Part shown: piece after piece, positions 27,748 through 36,791 of the stretch | Layout of the letters: every line of letters starts with the position of its first letter | Numbering within the stretch: the stretch's first letter is position 1 | Virus record (IMG/VR): IMGVR_UViG_3300010343_000004 | Source: a virus | Reading direction: 5' to 3' (one strand) | Length of the DNA stretch: 64,000 bases | Position numbers and translations under genes: made by a program | The notes under the pieces: generated by a model | Seen by the model: only the letters and a program-made list of their open reading frames with translations | What the model was told of the DNA's origin: nothing | Databases searched by the model: none

Positions 27748-28267
27748 GCCGCGCGAGACGTCGAGAGGGGTACCCGCCAAGAAACCCCATCTCCGCGTGC
27801 GCTGCGGGGACGTCTCTCTTCTCCGGGAAGACCGCAGCAAGGAGGGCCCCGTGCCACGGACACGACTCGATCTCTGCGAGCAGTCTGCGGGCGATCTTCG
27901 CGCGTCGCGCGGCGCGCTTCGGATCGGAGTCCACCGACGCAAGGCCCGCGGCCCGTTCGTTACCCATCCACCAGCGCGCCTGCGCCTCGTCGTCGTGGTC
28001 CTTCACGTACCAGCACGGCTCCTGGAGGTAGCCGCACGACACGCCGCCCCTTGCGTCCCACGACCATGCGCGAGGATGGTCTTTGAAGCGGCTCTCGAGA
28101 GCGCCGTAAACGACTTCGTCCGCGAGCTCTTCCCGCGTCATCTTGAACTCGGGATCCTCCGCCGCACGGGCGAGGCCCACGACGGCGGTTCTGTCTGCGG
28201 CCTTCGCCATCCCGGGCGAGAGGTGTGTGAGCAGCGCGTAGACGAGAGCGATGGTCTGTTCGAGCAT
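27716..28267 (-). CDS. lysozyme-like / lytic transglycosylase with hydrophobic N-terminus
   Basis: YGALESRF (catalytic ES) and GVSCGYLQ (GxxQ) motifs; signal-like N-terminus. Confidence 0.5.
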   Translation of the reverse strand: MLEQTIALVYALLTHLSPGMAKAADRTAVVGLARAAEDPEFKMTREELADEVVYGALESRFKDHPRAWSWDARGGVSCGYLQEPCWYVKDHDDEAQARWWMGNERAAGLASVDSDPKRAARRAKIARRLLAEIESCPWHGALLAAVFPEKRDVPAAHAEMGFLGGYPSRRLARLTFFVNLSNE

Positions 28268-28352
28268 CGAGCCGCCGTACTAGGACGAGCTCTACGGGTC
28301 AACCTTTCCGTGTCACGCGCGCGGGTCTGCGCGTGCTTTGCCGTCCGGCGGT

Positions 28353-28371
28353 TGAGTTACATTGTCACTCA
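28353..28371. promoter_or_regulatory. operator-like palindrome
   Basis: TGAGTTACA-T-TGTCACTCA, 8/9 arm match, in an AT-rich divergent gap. Confidence 0.5.
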
Positions 28372-28627
28372 TGGCTAACTTGACCGAGATGATCCACGTG
28401 CGCCTCAGCAAAGAGATCATGAGCGAGGCCTTGTCCTGATGCCCGGTATGCCCTTGCGACTCGAAGGATTCCAGCTCGCCCCGAGTCATCTCTGTCGTTT
28501 GGCCTTCGCGCGAGGCGCGTGCGGTTCACGGCGCGCTGGCGATGGCGTCCGCGACCTCACACATTCTCGCCCTAGGCAAAACCTCGGACTGTGGCACGAC
28601 ATCGGTGTCCGTGCGGCTGCGGCGGGT

Positions 28628-28996
28628 ATGTCGAATGATGAACGGGCTGTCTGTCGTCAGATCATGAACATGGGGGATCCTTCCAGTTCTGCGAGCAAAC
28701 GTTTGACGCAGATGGATCTCTGGAGCCGCTTCGTGCGTTCGTGGGAGGCCCGTCATCCGGGCGCCCAAGCGGCAAACCTGAAGCCCGTCGCCATTCTGGC
28801 GCCGCCTAAGTCCCCGGCTGGAGCAGCAGATCTTCTGCGCGAGGCATGTCTCGAGCTAATCGAGCCGATGATGCTCAGCCACTTGACCGTGTCCGCGCCC
28901 GAGTGGCGCGAGCACGCGAAAGACGTACTCATGCGCGCGAAGAAGGAAGGAGTTTTCGCAGATGGCGAGACCCTCTTCGGTCTGGAAAAGATGTGA
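28628..28996 (+). CDS. hypothetical protein
   Basis: Start MSNDERA. Confidence 0.55.
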   Translation: MSNDERAVCRQIMNMGDPSSSASKRLTQMDLWSRFVRSWEARHPGAQAANLKPVAILAPPKSPAGAADLLREACLELIEPMMLSHLTVSAPEWREHAKDVLMRAKKEGVFADGETLFGLEKM

Positions 28997-29008
28997 GACA
29001 CCAAGGTT

Positions 29009-29191
29009 ATGGCCAGCGCCAAGCACGTCGTGCACAAGCTCGAGGAGCCCGAGGTTGATCGAACCCGGACGAGTGGTCTATCGTCCTTCGACGCTCGGCC
29101 TCGAGGTTCCCGGAGGGTAGCCTCGGCGTCGTTCATGGAGAGAGCCGGAGAGGGGGCTGCGACTTCAACCAGTCGCGGACGGCGATGGTGA
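29009..29191 (+). CDS. small ORF with SAKxVxxKL leader
   Basis: MASAKHVVHKL; overlaps the convergent RHH gene. Confidence 0.4.
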   Translation: MASAKHVVHKLEEPEVDRTRTSGLSSFDARPRGSRRVASASFMERAGEGAATSTSRGRRW

Positions 29192-29354
29192 CGGCTTCGC
29201 CGACGTCGACGCCAGAGTAGCCGCAGTGGGCGCGGAGCGCGCGGCACGTCTCCTCGTCCATCGTGAGCTGCAGGCGGAGCTTCTTCGTCTTGCCCGCAGG
29301 GGCCGGAGAGCGTTCCGCGGAGCCCTCCGAAGGGGTGCGCTTGGCCATGGCCAA
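29133..29354 (-). CDS. ribbon-helix-helix protein
   Basis: LQLTMDEETCRALRAHC...VGEAVTIAVRDWL. Confidence 0.65.
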   Translation of the reverse strand: MAMAKRTPSEGSAERSPAPAGKTKKLRLQLTMDEETCRALRAHCGYSGVDVGEAVTIAVRDWLKSQPPLRLSP

Positions 29355-29682
29355 TCGTTACCTAGTGGTGCCCCTGCGTCAATGATGAGAGTGCAATGCT
29401 CGGAGCGCTTTTTCAGTTGGGACCGTGACGAGCTCTGGTGTGCGTAACCGCATAGGAGTGAAACACTCTCAGTAGTCTTTCACTCATATGAGCTTATCAC
29501 TTCTACGATTGATTCAGTGACTACACTGATTGACTTATGTGATTGAGTTACGCTGACTTGGCCGCAGAATGGGGCTTGTGCCTAAGGGCCCTTCTGCTAG
29601 CGTCAAGGGGCAAAGATGGCTGGCTGCGATCTGCCGAAGAAGCGATTGAGCCCGGCTTCACTCTCTCGAAAGGGATAGCAAG

Positions 29683-30246
29683 ATGGCTACCGGTCTCGTC
29701 GCCTATCATCCGCTCCACCGCTCAGCAGCGCTCGGGCACGCCCACGTGGGCGGTCACCACAACTCGATCACCGAGTTCCTTACCCACAACCCGATCCTCT
29801 CGCGCGTCCGCGCACCCTTCTCGGGTCCCGTGGATGTACGGGCTCGCGCAGTCGAGAGCGGTCACATGCTCCGGCAGAGCGCCGAGACGGTCGTCACCGC
29901 GGGCCTCCTCGGTCTCCTCCATGTGGAGATGCCGAGGGGTGGTCTCGACCAGATGAAGGGAAGGCTCCCCGTCGACGGCGCTGTCGCCGTCGCAGGGTTC
30001 GGTCTCTCGTGGCTTGCCGCAGGCCACGACTCGAACGTCTCCTCGGATCTCCGCAACGTCGGCGCGACGGCCCTCGGCATCCTCACCTTCCGCAAGGCCT
30101 TCGCCTTCGCTGCCGAGAAGAAGCTCCACTCGGGAGGCGCGGTCGGCGGCAGCTTCGGCCCCGCGGCGACCGGCGCCCCTCGCCCCCTCGGCGCGCACGG
30201 CGACATTCACGCGGACCCGATCGTTCGGGCGGCGCGCGCGCTGTGA
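29683..30246 (+). CDS. membrane protein, candidate virion protein
   Basis: Three hydrophobic segments; first gene after the AT-rich gap. Confidence 0.7.
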   Translation: MATGLVAYHPLHRSAALGHAHVGGHHNSITEFLTHNPILSRVRAPFSGPVDVRARAVESGHMLRQSAETVVTAGLLGLLHVEMPRGGLDQMKGRLPVDGAVAVAGFGLSWLAAGHDSNVSSDLRNVGATALGILTFRKAFAFAAEKKLHSGGAVGGSFGPAATGAPRPLGAHGDIHADPIVRAARAL

Positions 30247-30264
30247 CCTCGCTTGCGAGGTCAC
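30243..30264 (+). terminator. perfect hairpin overlapping the stop codon
   Basis: GTGACCTCGC-TT-GCGAGGTCAC. Confidence 0.55.
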
Positions 30265-30294
30265 CCGCAAGGCCGTGAGGCCGCGCGGATCTTT

Positions 30295-30435
30295 ACTTCT
30301 GACAGACTGACTCGCTTCGCTTCACTGGCAAGACTTCTGACAGACTGACTCGCTTCGCTTCACTGGCAAGACTTCTACCGCTTTCTGGCGACTCGCTTCG
30401 CTCGTCACCTCGCTTCGCTTCATCGGCAAAACTTA
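30295..30435. repeat. non-coding 38-bp tandem repeat (2 exact copies plus degenerate copies)
   Basis: ACTTCTGACAGACTGACTCGCTTCGCTTCACTGGCAAG at 30295 and 30333; CTCGCTTCGCT core recurs four times. Confidence 0.9.
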
Positions 30436-30637
30436 CTTCGCCTTCTGATTGTCGTTCGACAATTCGCCCCGCCGCGCTGGCCGCTCGCAGCCTGCGCGCC
30501 CTCAGGGCCGCCCCGAGAGCTCACTTTCCTCCCCCGGACGGGTTCCTTGCCTCCTCGAGCTCCCACGGTGATCGGCCCAGATGGCGCGCAGGCTGCGGGC
30601 CGCGAGCGAGCGGCACCGTAATCAAGGAGATACACGA

Positions 30638-31366
30638 ATGCGTCCTAACTCGAGCAACCTCAGCCAGCGCGACCCCGGCCTGGCTGCTTTCATGGGTGCC
30701 ATCGGCGCCCCGGGAAGCGACTTCGGGGCACCCGTCCAGTTCTCGTGGGAACCGAACTTCCAGCCGGAGTTCTGGGAATCGCAGAGCTGGCAGCCGCAGT
30801 ACGAGTTCGGTGTGGAGGCCCCTGCGCCTCCGATGGCGCATCCCATGATGCACCACCGACCGGCGCCCCCGCATCCGGCGCAGCACCCGGACTTCCACCA
30901 GATGCTCGCCCTGTGGCATCGTCACCACGCGATGAGGGCCCACACGGGTCGTCGCGAGATGCTGCTCGAGCCGAACAAGGGCTCGGCGGTGAAGATCGAG
31001 CGCTACTCGTTCGGCATCAACACGACCATCACGCTCGGCGTGGTCGGCGCGCCGTTGACGCTGACCGGGCAGCCGGACGTCAACATCCGGCCCCAGCGCG
31101 TGATCATGAACGCTCCGTCCCCCGGTTTCGCCATCATCGACGAGATCAAGGTCGCGAACGTCTCGGTCACCGTCGGTGTTCAGGAGGACGCGTTCAACTA
31201 CAGCGCGCTCGCCCAGAACTCCCACCTCGACATGCCCACCCTCTCGCCCGCGAACCGCGCAACGGTTCTCGGTGAGATGACGGGCTTTGTCCCCCCGGGC
31301 TTCACGGGCGGCACGTCGTACCTCTTCACGACGTCCTTCCAGGGCCCCGCGTCCGTCATCGCGTAA
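30638..31366 (+). CDS. candidate major capsid protein (His/Pro-rich N-terminus plus ~120-aa beta-rich domain)
   Basis: AAGGAG RBS; alternating beta pattern IRPQRVIM, IIDEIKVANV; two paralogues downstream. Confidence 0.55.
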   Translation: MRPNSSNLSQRDPGLAAFMGAIGAPGSDFGAPVQFSWEPNFQPEFWESQSWQPQYEFGVEAPAPPMAHPMMHHRPAPPHPAQHPDFHQMLALWHRHHAMRAHTGRREMLLEPNKGSAVKIERYSFGINTTITLGVVGAPLTLTGQPDVNIRPQRVIMNAPSPGFAIIDEIKVANVSVTVGVQEDAFNYSALAQNSHLDMPTLSPANRATVLGEMTGFVPPGFTGGTSYLFTTSFQGPASVIA

Positions 31367-31396
31367 GGACGAGCGCAAGCGAGTCCTTTCTCTTCT
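31364..31396 (+). terminator. hairpin plus pyrimidine tract
   Basis: AGGAC-GA-GC-GCAA-GC-GA-GTCCT then TTCTCTTCT; near-identical copy at 41104. Confidence 0.6.
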
Positions 31397-31509
31397 TCAC
31401 CGACCCGTCGCAGGGAGAGGTTGCAAGAGACAAGCTCGCGAGCGCCCCACGCTGACGGGCAGAGGGAAAGACTCCAGGACAAGAGGGAACGCGCGAGGAC
31501 GAGGACTGC

Positions 31510-32016
31510 ATGCGGCTCGATTACGACATGCCCCACGTCTTCCACCCGCAGTCGCATGCGGAGGACAACGCGCGAGCTCTCGATGCTTCCCTGGAATACC
31601 TGATCTCGCTCGACCAGATATTCCTCGACCGGTACCCCCAGACGCCTCCCCTCTACCGTCTGGGGGTACGCTACGGTCGAACGAAGGTCTGGGACACGAT
31701 CCCCGCCCTGATACTCCGCGGTTACGGCGATTGCAAAACGCTGACGGCCGCACGCATTGCGGAGCTCCGCAGGCAAGGGTTCGACGCGCGGCCGGTCCAT
31801 CGCTGGATCATGCCGCAGGGACCGGACGGTCCGACCGACTTCCACATCCTCGTCCTCACGAACGCTCGCGGGCCGACGATCAACGCCGAGGGGTGGGAAG
31901 ACCCGAGCAAGGTGCTCGGGATGGAGGCGGACGAGAATACGTACATGCGCGACATGCCTGGAGGGCCGCCAGGCGGAGAAGGGTTGCTGACGAGGGTGTT
32001 CGGGTGGATGCGATGA
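31510..32016 (+). CDS. transglutaminase-like cysteine protease
   Basis: GYGDCKT (Cys), FHIL (His), WEDPS (Asp) triad in order. Confidence 0.75.
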   Translation: MRLDYDMPHVFHPQSHAEDNARALDASLEYLISLDQIFLDRYPQTPPLYRLGVRYGRTKVWDTIPALILRGYGDCKTLTAARIAELRRQGFDARPVHRWIMPQGPDGPTDFHILVLTNARGPTINAEGWEDPSKVLGMEADENTYMRDMPGGPPGGEGLLTRVFGWMR

Positions 32017-32558
32017 ACGAGAGACGTGTAGACCAGACCAGGAGAGGGCTCATCGCTCTTCTCCTCGCGTGGCCTGCGCTTCTCTTTGCGCGCATCACCG
32101 GTGTGCTCGAAGGCCTCGGGCGGCGCCTGCCGCGCCTCGCCTCGAAGCCTCTCCGCAAAGAGGACGAGCCGACGCTCGTCCGAATCGAGCGTTACTCGTA
32201 CACGGTCAGTAGTCCAGCGAAGCTCGGCGAGCCGAAAGCGGTCGCCATGCAAGGCGCGCCCGACATCTCGATCGCAGCAGACCGCATCGTCGCGAACACG
32301 CCCTGCCCAGGCTTTCTCATCCTCGAGGAGCTCTCGATTGACGGGCGCGACGTGCTCATCGGCGAGGCGACAGACGCCTTCGTCTTCAGCTCGCTCGCGA
32401 TGGGCGGACAGATGCTGCTGCCGCCTATGGGTCCCAAGTCACGCGTCGTGGTGAGAGGCCACTACACGGGCTTCGTTCCGCCGGGCTACGTGGCAGGCGC
32501 CGCGTACTTGCTCTGCCTCACCTTCATGGGGCGCGCTGCCTTCCTCGAGGTAGCCTGA
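32013..32558 (+). CDS. divergent paralogue of the capsid-like beta domain with hydrophobic N-terminus
   Basis: IERYSY...PDISI...PGF...DAF...TGFVPPGY...YL...F.G.A; TRRGLI plus hydrophobic stretch. Confidence 0.65.
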   Translation: MNERRVDQTRRGLIALLLAWPALLFARITGVLEGLGRRLPRLASKPLRKEDEPTLVRIERYSYTVSSPAKLGEPKAVAMQGAPDISIAADRIVANTPCPGFLILEELSIDGRDVLIGEATDAFVFSSLAMGGQMLLPPMGPKSRVVVRGHYTGFVPPGYVAGAAYLLCLTFMGRAAFLEVA

Positions 32559-32559
32559 C

Positions 32560-33294
32560 ATGTCCCTCTTCTCGCGTTTGTGCGGCGGCAAAGAAACGAG
32601 CGAATCCGCGCCGGCGCATCGCAGGCCTCTCGGCGAGGAGTACTGGGCCGAGTCGCCAGTGCGTCCGCAGGCGGGGGTTCTCCGCGAGCTCCTCTCGGCC
32701 TGGGTCGACCGTGAAGTATCGAGGAGGCTTACGAACCTGCGCGAGATGCTCCTCGAACCGAACAGGGGCTCATCAATAAAGATCGAGCGTTACTCGTTCG
32801 GCATCCATACGACGATCACGCTCGGTGTGGCCAAGGCGCCGCTCACGTTGACCGGTCAGCCCGACGTCAAGATCCGGCCGCAAAGGGTCATCATGAACGC
32901 ACCCTCGCCCGGGTTCGCGATCATCGACGAGATCAAGGTCGCGAACGTGAGCGTCACCGCCGGCGTGCAGGAAGACGCCTTCAACTATTCGTCTCTCGCG
33001 CACGGCGTGCACCTCGACATGCCGACGCTCTCGCCCGCAAACCGCGCGACCGTCCTCGGCGAGATGACGGGCCGCGTGCCTGAGGGTTTCGGGTTCAAAA
33101 ACCCCACGGGACCAGGATGGGTGGACGAGGGAGCGGACGAAGTCAGTCCCCCGGCGACGCCGGAGGCGACGCCGGAAGGTGGAGAAGTCGGTGCTTTCCT
33201 CGAGGCGCAGAAACCGAAGGTCAATAAGAGGAACCTCGGCGAGAGCTACCTCTTCACGTGCGCGTTCCAGGGACCCGCGACGGTCATCGCCTGA
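32560..33294 (+). CDS. close paralogue of 30638-31366 with an inserted loop of about 50 aa
   Basis: Most of the domain is identical by eye, e.g. IRPQRVIMNAPSPGFAIIDEIKVANVSVT. Confidence 0.75.
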   Translation: MSLFSRLCGGKETSESAPAHRRPLGEEYWAESPVRPQAGVLRELLSAWVDREVSRRLTNLREMLLEPNRGSSIKIERYSFGIHTTITLGVAKAPLTLTGQPDVKIRPQRVIMNAPSPGFAIIDEIKVANVSVTAGVQEDAFNYSSLAHGVHLDMPTLSPANRATVLGEMTGRVPEGFGFKNPTGPGWVDEGADEVSPPATPEATPEGGEVGAFLEAQKPKVNKRNLGESYLFTCAFQGPATVIA

Positions 33295-33317
33295 CGGAGA
33301 AGAAGGAGAACGAAACC

Positions 33318-34790
33318 ATGGGACTCGGTGACTGGTTCAAGAAGTGGTTCGGCGGAGCAGAGCACTTCGCCGTGGAGCCCTGGCACCACATGGAGGACCG
33401 CTTCCGGGGTCTCCGCCACACGCATCACCAAGCGAGCCCGTTCTTTCACGGCGCGGGGCAGAGCCCGTTCGGTGTGATCGAGGCTCCTGGCATGCCCATG
33501 GCCCATCCCTTGATGGGTCACCCTGGCGTGATGCCTGTTCACCCTGGTGTGATGCCTGGTCACCCTGGCGCAATGCCCGGTCATCCAGGCGCAATGCCTG
33601 GTCACCCTGGCTTCCCCGGCCACCCGACGCAGACACACCCGACTCCAGGCAGGTTCGCGCCGAGGATGATGCCGCATCCGGGTCTCGGCACGCATCCAGG
33701 CTTCGCGCCGAGGATGATGCCGCATCCCGGCTTCGGTCCGCGCCCCGGCTTCGCCCCGACCATGATGCCGCATCCAGGTATGCCGCACGCACCCGGATCG
33801 CCTTTCGGTCCGCGCCCCGGCATGCCTGGCGCACCGTTCGGTCCGGGTCCAGGTGCACCCTTCGCACGTCCGCTCCCCCCGCTCCCCCCGGGCTGGGCGC
33901 ACGGAGCTCCTCCGCCTCCGAACTGGAGGCCCGGCGCGCCGTTCCCGCAAGACTGGCAACCACCTCCGCAGAGATTCGATGCGCCGCCTGAGCCGTGGCG
34001 CGGAGACTGGGATCGCCACGAACATGAGCATCGCGACCGCGACCGCGACCACGACCGCGATCGAGACCGGGACGATGACCGGGGAGGCTACGGCCCACCC
34101 CAGGGGTACGGCCCGCCCCAGGGGTACGGCCCGCCTCCTCCACCGTACGGCGGAGGCTTCGGCCCACCGGCGGGAGCAGGCGACACAGGCGAGGCAGGCT
34201 TCCAGATGCTCCAGGGGCTGCCTTCGACGGCGGAAAAGGACGCGGGCCTCGCGCCCGGCCCCGCCGACCCGAACGCGCAGGATGCGGGCGATACGGTCAT
34301 CCCGGACACGGGGTCGACCGACTCGAACGGGCAGGCCGTCGTGCCGCCCGACACGAGCAACGACTCGTCGGACATGGCCGGCGAGCTTCTCTACGGCGAG
34401 GCGGGCGACGTGCTCGGCAAGTCGTACGAGGGAGAGGTGGATCTGCCGATGCCAATGGAACAAGAGGGACTCGACATGGCGACCGCGATGATGGGCTTCG
34501 AGGGGCTCGTTCCTCTCAGCACCTTCGGCGGACCGCCGCACGCGCACTACCACGAGGGCATGGACGAGTTCCCGACGACGCTCGACTCGTTCGCCGCCAT
34601 CAGCGACTCGCCGGCCTCGCCCATCACGAGCTTCTCCGGCGCCGACGTCGAGGACCTCGACTGGGGCGCCGCACATGTGATGGCGACGGAGTGGGATGAC
34701 GTCACGCCCCCGACGCCCGACTTCGCCGGAGACGACTTCTCCGGCGAGATGTACCCGAACCTCTACAGGGAGACGACCATCAAGCTGTAA
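33318..34790 (+). CDS. low-complexity P/G/H/M-rich protein with acidic C-terminus
   Basis: AGGAG RBS; repeats PGVMPGH, PGFAPRMMPH, GYGPPQ, DRDRDH. Confidence 0.7.
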   Translation: MGLGDWFKKWFGGAEHFAVEPWHHMEDRFRGLRHTHHQASPFFHGAGQSPFGVIEAPGMPMAHPLMGHPGVMPVHPGVMPGHPGAMPGHPGAMPGHPGFPGHPTQTHPTPGRFAPRMMPHPGLGTHPGFAPRMMPHPGFGPRPGFAPTMMPHPGMPHAPGSPFGPRPGMPGAPFGPGPGAPFARPLPPLPPGWAHGAPPPPNWRPGAPFPQDWQPPPQRFDAPPEPWRGDWDRHEHEHRDRDRDHDRDRDRDDDRGGYGPPQGYGPPQGYGPPPPPYGGGFGPPAGAGDTGEAGFQMLQGLPSTAEKDAGLAPGPADPNAQDAGDTVIPDTGSTDSNGQAVVPPDTSNDSSDMAGELLYGEAGDVLGKSYEGEVDLPMPMEQEGLDMATAMMGFEGLVPLSTFGGPPHAHYHEGMDEFPTTLDSFAAISDSPASPITSFSGADVEDLDWGAAHVMATEWDDVTPPTPDFAGDDFSGEMYPNLYRETTIKL

Positions 34791-34810
34791 GGCCTCGTAC
34801 GGCGAGGCCT
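34790..34810 (+). terminator. hairpin after stop codon
   Basis: AGGCCTCG-TACGG-CGAGGCCT. Confidence 0.45.
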
Positions 34811-34925
34811 CACCGAACAGTGCCGCTCCTGAGCGTCCCCCGCGGGGCTCTTCGGAGGCAACGAGAAGAAGCAGTCCAACCGAACACAAGAGCCCCGCGA
34901 GAGGGCAAGACACGGAGAAAAGAAC

Positions 34926-35318
34926 ATGTCCTTCCACAACAACCTCCTCTACAACGCCGCAGTGATCGGCTTCGTCGAAGGCGCGCTCCAGGGCCGCGTC
35001 TCGGTCGACGACACCCCCGCCGACTACGGTGCGCTCTTTGTCGCGGCGCAGAGCTACGCGCTCTCGCTCGACACGCTCATCCTGAACGATGTGATGATCT
35101 CGGGCGCGCTCGGCGTGACGCTGCCTCCGTCGACGGCCGCCATCGCCGCCAACCAGACCGCGAAGGTGAACCTCGTCCTCGGTCTGTCGGCCGCGATCTT
35201 CGACGGGCGTTTCAACGTGACCGCAACCCCCGACTTCTACGCCGAGCAGGCTGCGGCCGTCTACGCGCAGTACACCGAGGGCGTCGCCACCTTCGCCGCG
35301 GCGAGCACGCTCGACTGA
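34926..35318 (+). CDS. Ala-rich hydrophobic helical protein
   Basis: GGAG RBS; GC-third-position codon use. Confidence 0.7.
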   Translation: MSFHNNLLYNAAVIGFVEGALQGRVSVDDTPADYGALFVAAQSYALSLDTLILNDVMISGALGVTLPPSTAAIAANQTAKVNLVLGLSAAIFDGRFNVTATPDFYAEQAAAVYAQYTEGVATFAAASTLD

Positions 35319-35385
35319 CCCGCCCCGGCCGGGAAAGTCCGGCCGGAGCAAGGGGTCTCGCGTTGGTTCGGGAGGCCCTCCCGGC

Positions 35386-35407
35386 GCCCTCCTCGATCGA
35401 GGAGGGC
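35386..35407. repeat. perfect 22-bp palindrome
   Basis: GCCCTCCTCGA-TCGAGGAGGGC, intergenic. Confidence 0.8.
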
Positions 35408-35448
35408 TTCCCGGCCAACACCACCTCTGAGACGGAAAAGAGAAGAAG

Positions 35449-36144
35449 ATGATCCTCGAAGCAGCCATCGCAGCAGCGCTCCTCCTCGCCTGGTTCCGCG
35501 CCGGCAAGGCGAAGAAGGGCGAGCTCACCGCAGAACGAAAGGCCATCTTCCAGGCGGCCCTCGAGACCCTGGAGGACAGCGGCAAGCTCCGCGAGCTCGC
35601 CGACGTGTTCGCGGCCGAAGGCCTTACCGTGCAGGCCGACCTCCTGAAGAAACGCGCCAACCTCCGCGAGCTCCCCGACGCCATCAAGCGGGCTCGTCAC
35701 GAGGCCTTCCTCAAGGCCATGAGCGCGAGCGACCCGGCCAAGGTCGAGGAGATTGCTTTGCTCTTCGAAAACGAGGGTGCCATCGGCGCAAGCAATGCCC
35801 TCCGCGGCTATGCGGCGGGCCTCCGCGCGGGTACGGCAGCCCCGTACGTCGCGCCTCCCGCGCCTCCCGCACCACCAGTGGCTGTGGCGCCGCCCGGCGG
35901 CGCGTCGCACATCCAAGCGCCCGCCGTCCCATCCGCACCCTCGGCCCCGACGGGCACTTCGCCTGCCTCAGCGGTCGCCGCCACAGGAGCCCCTGCGCAC
36001 GAGGTTGCGGCCTCGGCCTCGTCGACGGGGCAGGCCATCGTCCCGTCCATGTCGCCGAGCGGCCAGGTGGCGCAGACGCCCGACAACCCGTCAGGTCTCC
36101 CCATGACGGGACCGGCCGGAAACCCGATGACAGCGCACGTATAG
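35449..36144 (+). CDS. N-terminally anchored helical protein with Pro/Ala tail
   Basis: MILEAAIAAALLLAWF transmembrane segment. Confidence 0.7.
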   Translation: MILEAAIAAALLLAWFRAGKAKKGELTAERKAIFQAALETLEDSGKLRELADVFAAEGLTVQADLLKKRANLRELPDAIKRARHEAFLKAMSASDPAKVEEIALLFENEGAIGASNALRGYAAGLRAGTAAPYVAPPAPPAPPVAVAPPGGASHIQAPAVPSAPSAPTGTSPASAVAATGAPAHEVAASASSTGQAIVPSMSPSGQVAQTPDNPSGLPMTGPAGNPMTAHV

Positions 36145-36178
36145 GCAGCGTTCAACGCCTGGAGGGCGGACTAACCCC

Positions 36179-36784
36179 ATGCCCGTGCAACCCAAAACGA
36201 TGGAAGAAGGCGCGCGGTCTCTCGTCGAGCGGTCGCGCGCCGGCGACCAGAACGCGATGGCCCTCATCGCGCAGATCCGGCAGCGCGCCCTCTTTGGGCG
36301 CGACCGGATCCCGGCTGGCGAACGGATGATCGCGATGACGAGCTACAAGCTCATCGGCGACTACCTCGACAACCACCCGGTGGATAGCATCGGCGTGGAG
36401 AACGCCACGCCGCCTCCTTCCCCGCGCATCCTCTCGTACGTCCATCCCGACGTACCCGAGTGGCTGCCGATCGCCCTGCCCGAGTGCCTGCCGAAGAAGA
36501 AAGGCTTCATGGCGGTCGTCGTTCGGCTCGCGAACGGGCGTGAGCTCACTTCGGACGACCTTGAGCGAGTGTCCCAGGTGATGGGACCAGAGAACGCCGG
36601 ACACGTCGTCGCGGGCGCGTTCAAGCAGGCTGCCCCGCCGGGCCTCGACCACCTCGCGAGAACGGCGTTTGTCATCGGCGTCTGTCTCGGCACCGCGATG
36701 ACGCTGCAAGCCGTCCGCGAGGGGCGTGCACCGGTCTGGATGCTAAGCCCCGAGGCTTCGTGGGAGCTCGGAGAAGGGGAATAG
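36179..36784 (+). CDS. hypothetical protein
   Basis: GGAGG RBS. Confidence 0.7.
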   Translation: MPVQPKTMEEGARSLVERSRAGDQNAMALIAQIRQRALFGRDRIPAGERMIAMTSYKLIGDYLDNHPVDSIGVENATPPPSPRILSYVHPDVPEWLPIALPECLPKKKGFMAVVVRLANGRELTSDDLERVSQVMGPENAGHVVAGAFKQAAPPGLDHLARTAFVIGVCLGTAMTLQAVREGRAPVWMLSPEASWELGEGE

Positions 36785-36791
36785 GTGCGCC

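Noticed and set aside
30295-30435. Possible CRISPR array
   Set aside because: Repeats are directly adjacent with no unique spacers, and no cas genes are present.
33246-35687. 813-aa minus-strand ORF and many other long antisense or alternate-frame ORFs (e.g. 14698-16425, 15324-16697, 47451-48800)
   Set aside because: Shadow frames of GC-rich genes: Arg/Ala/Pro-rich, no motifs, and they overlap well-supported genes.
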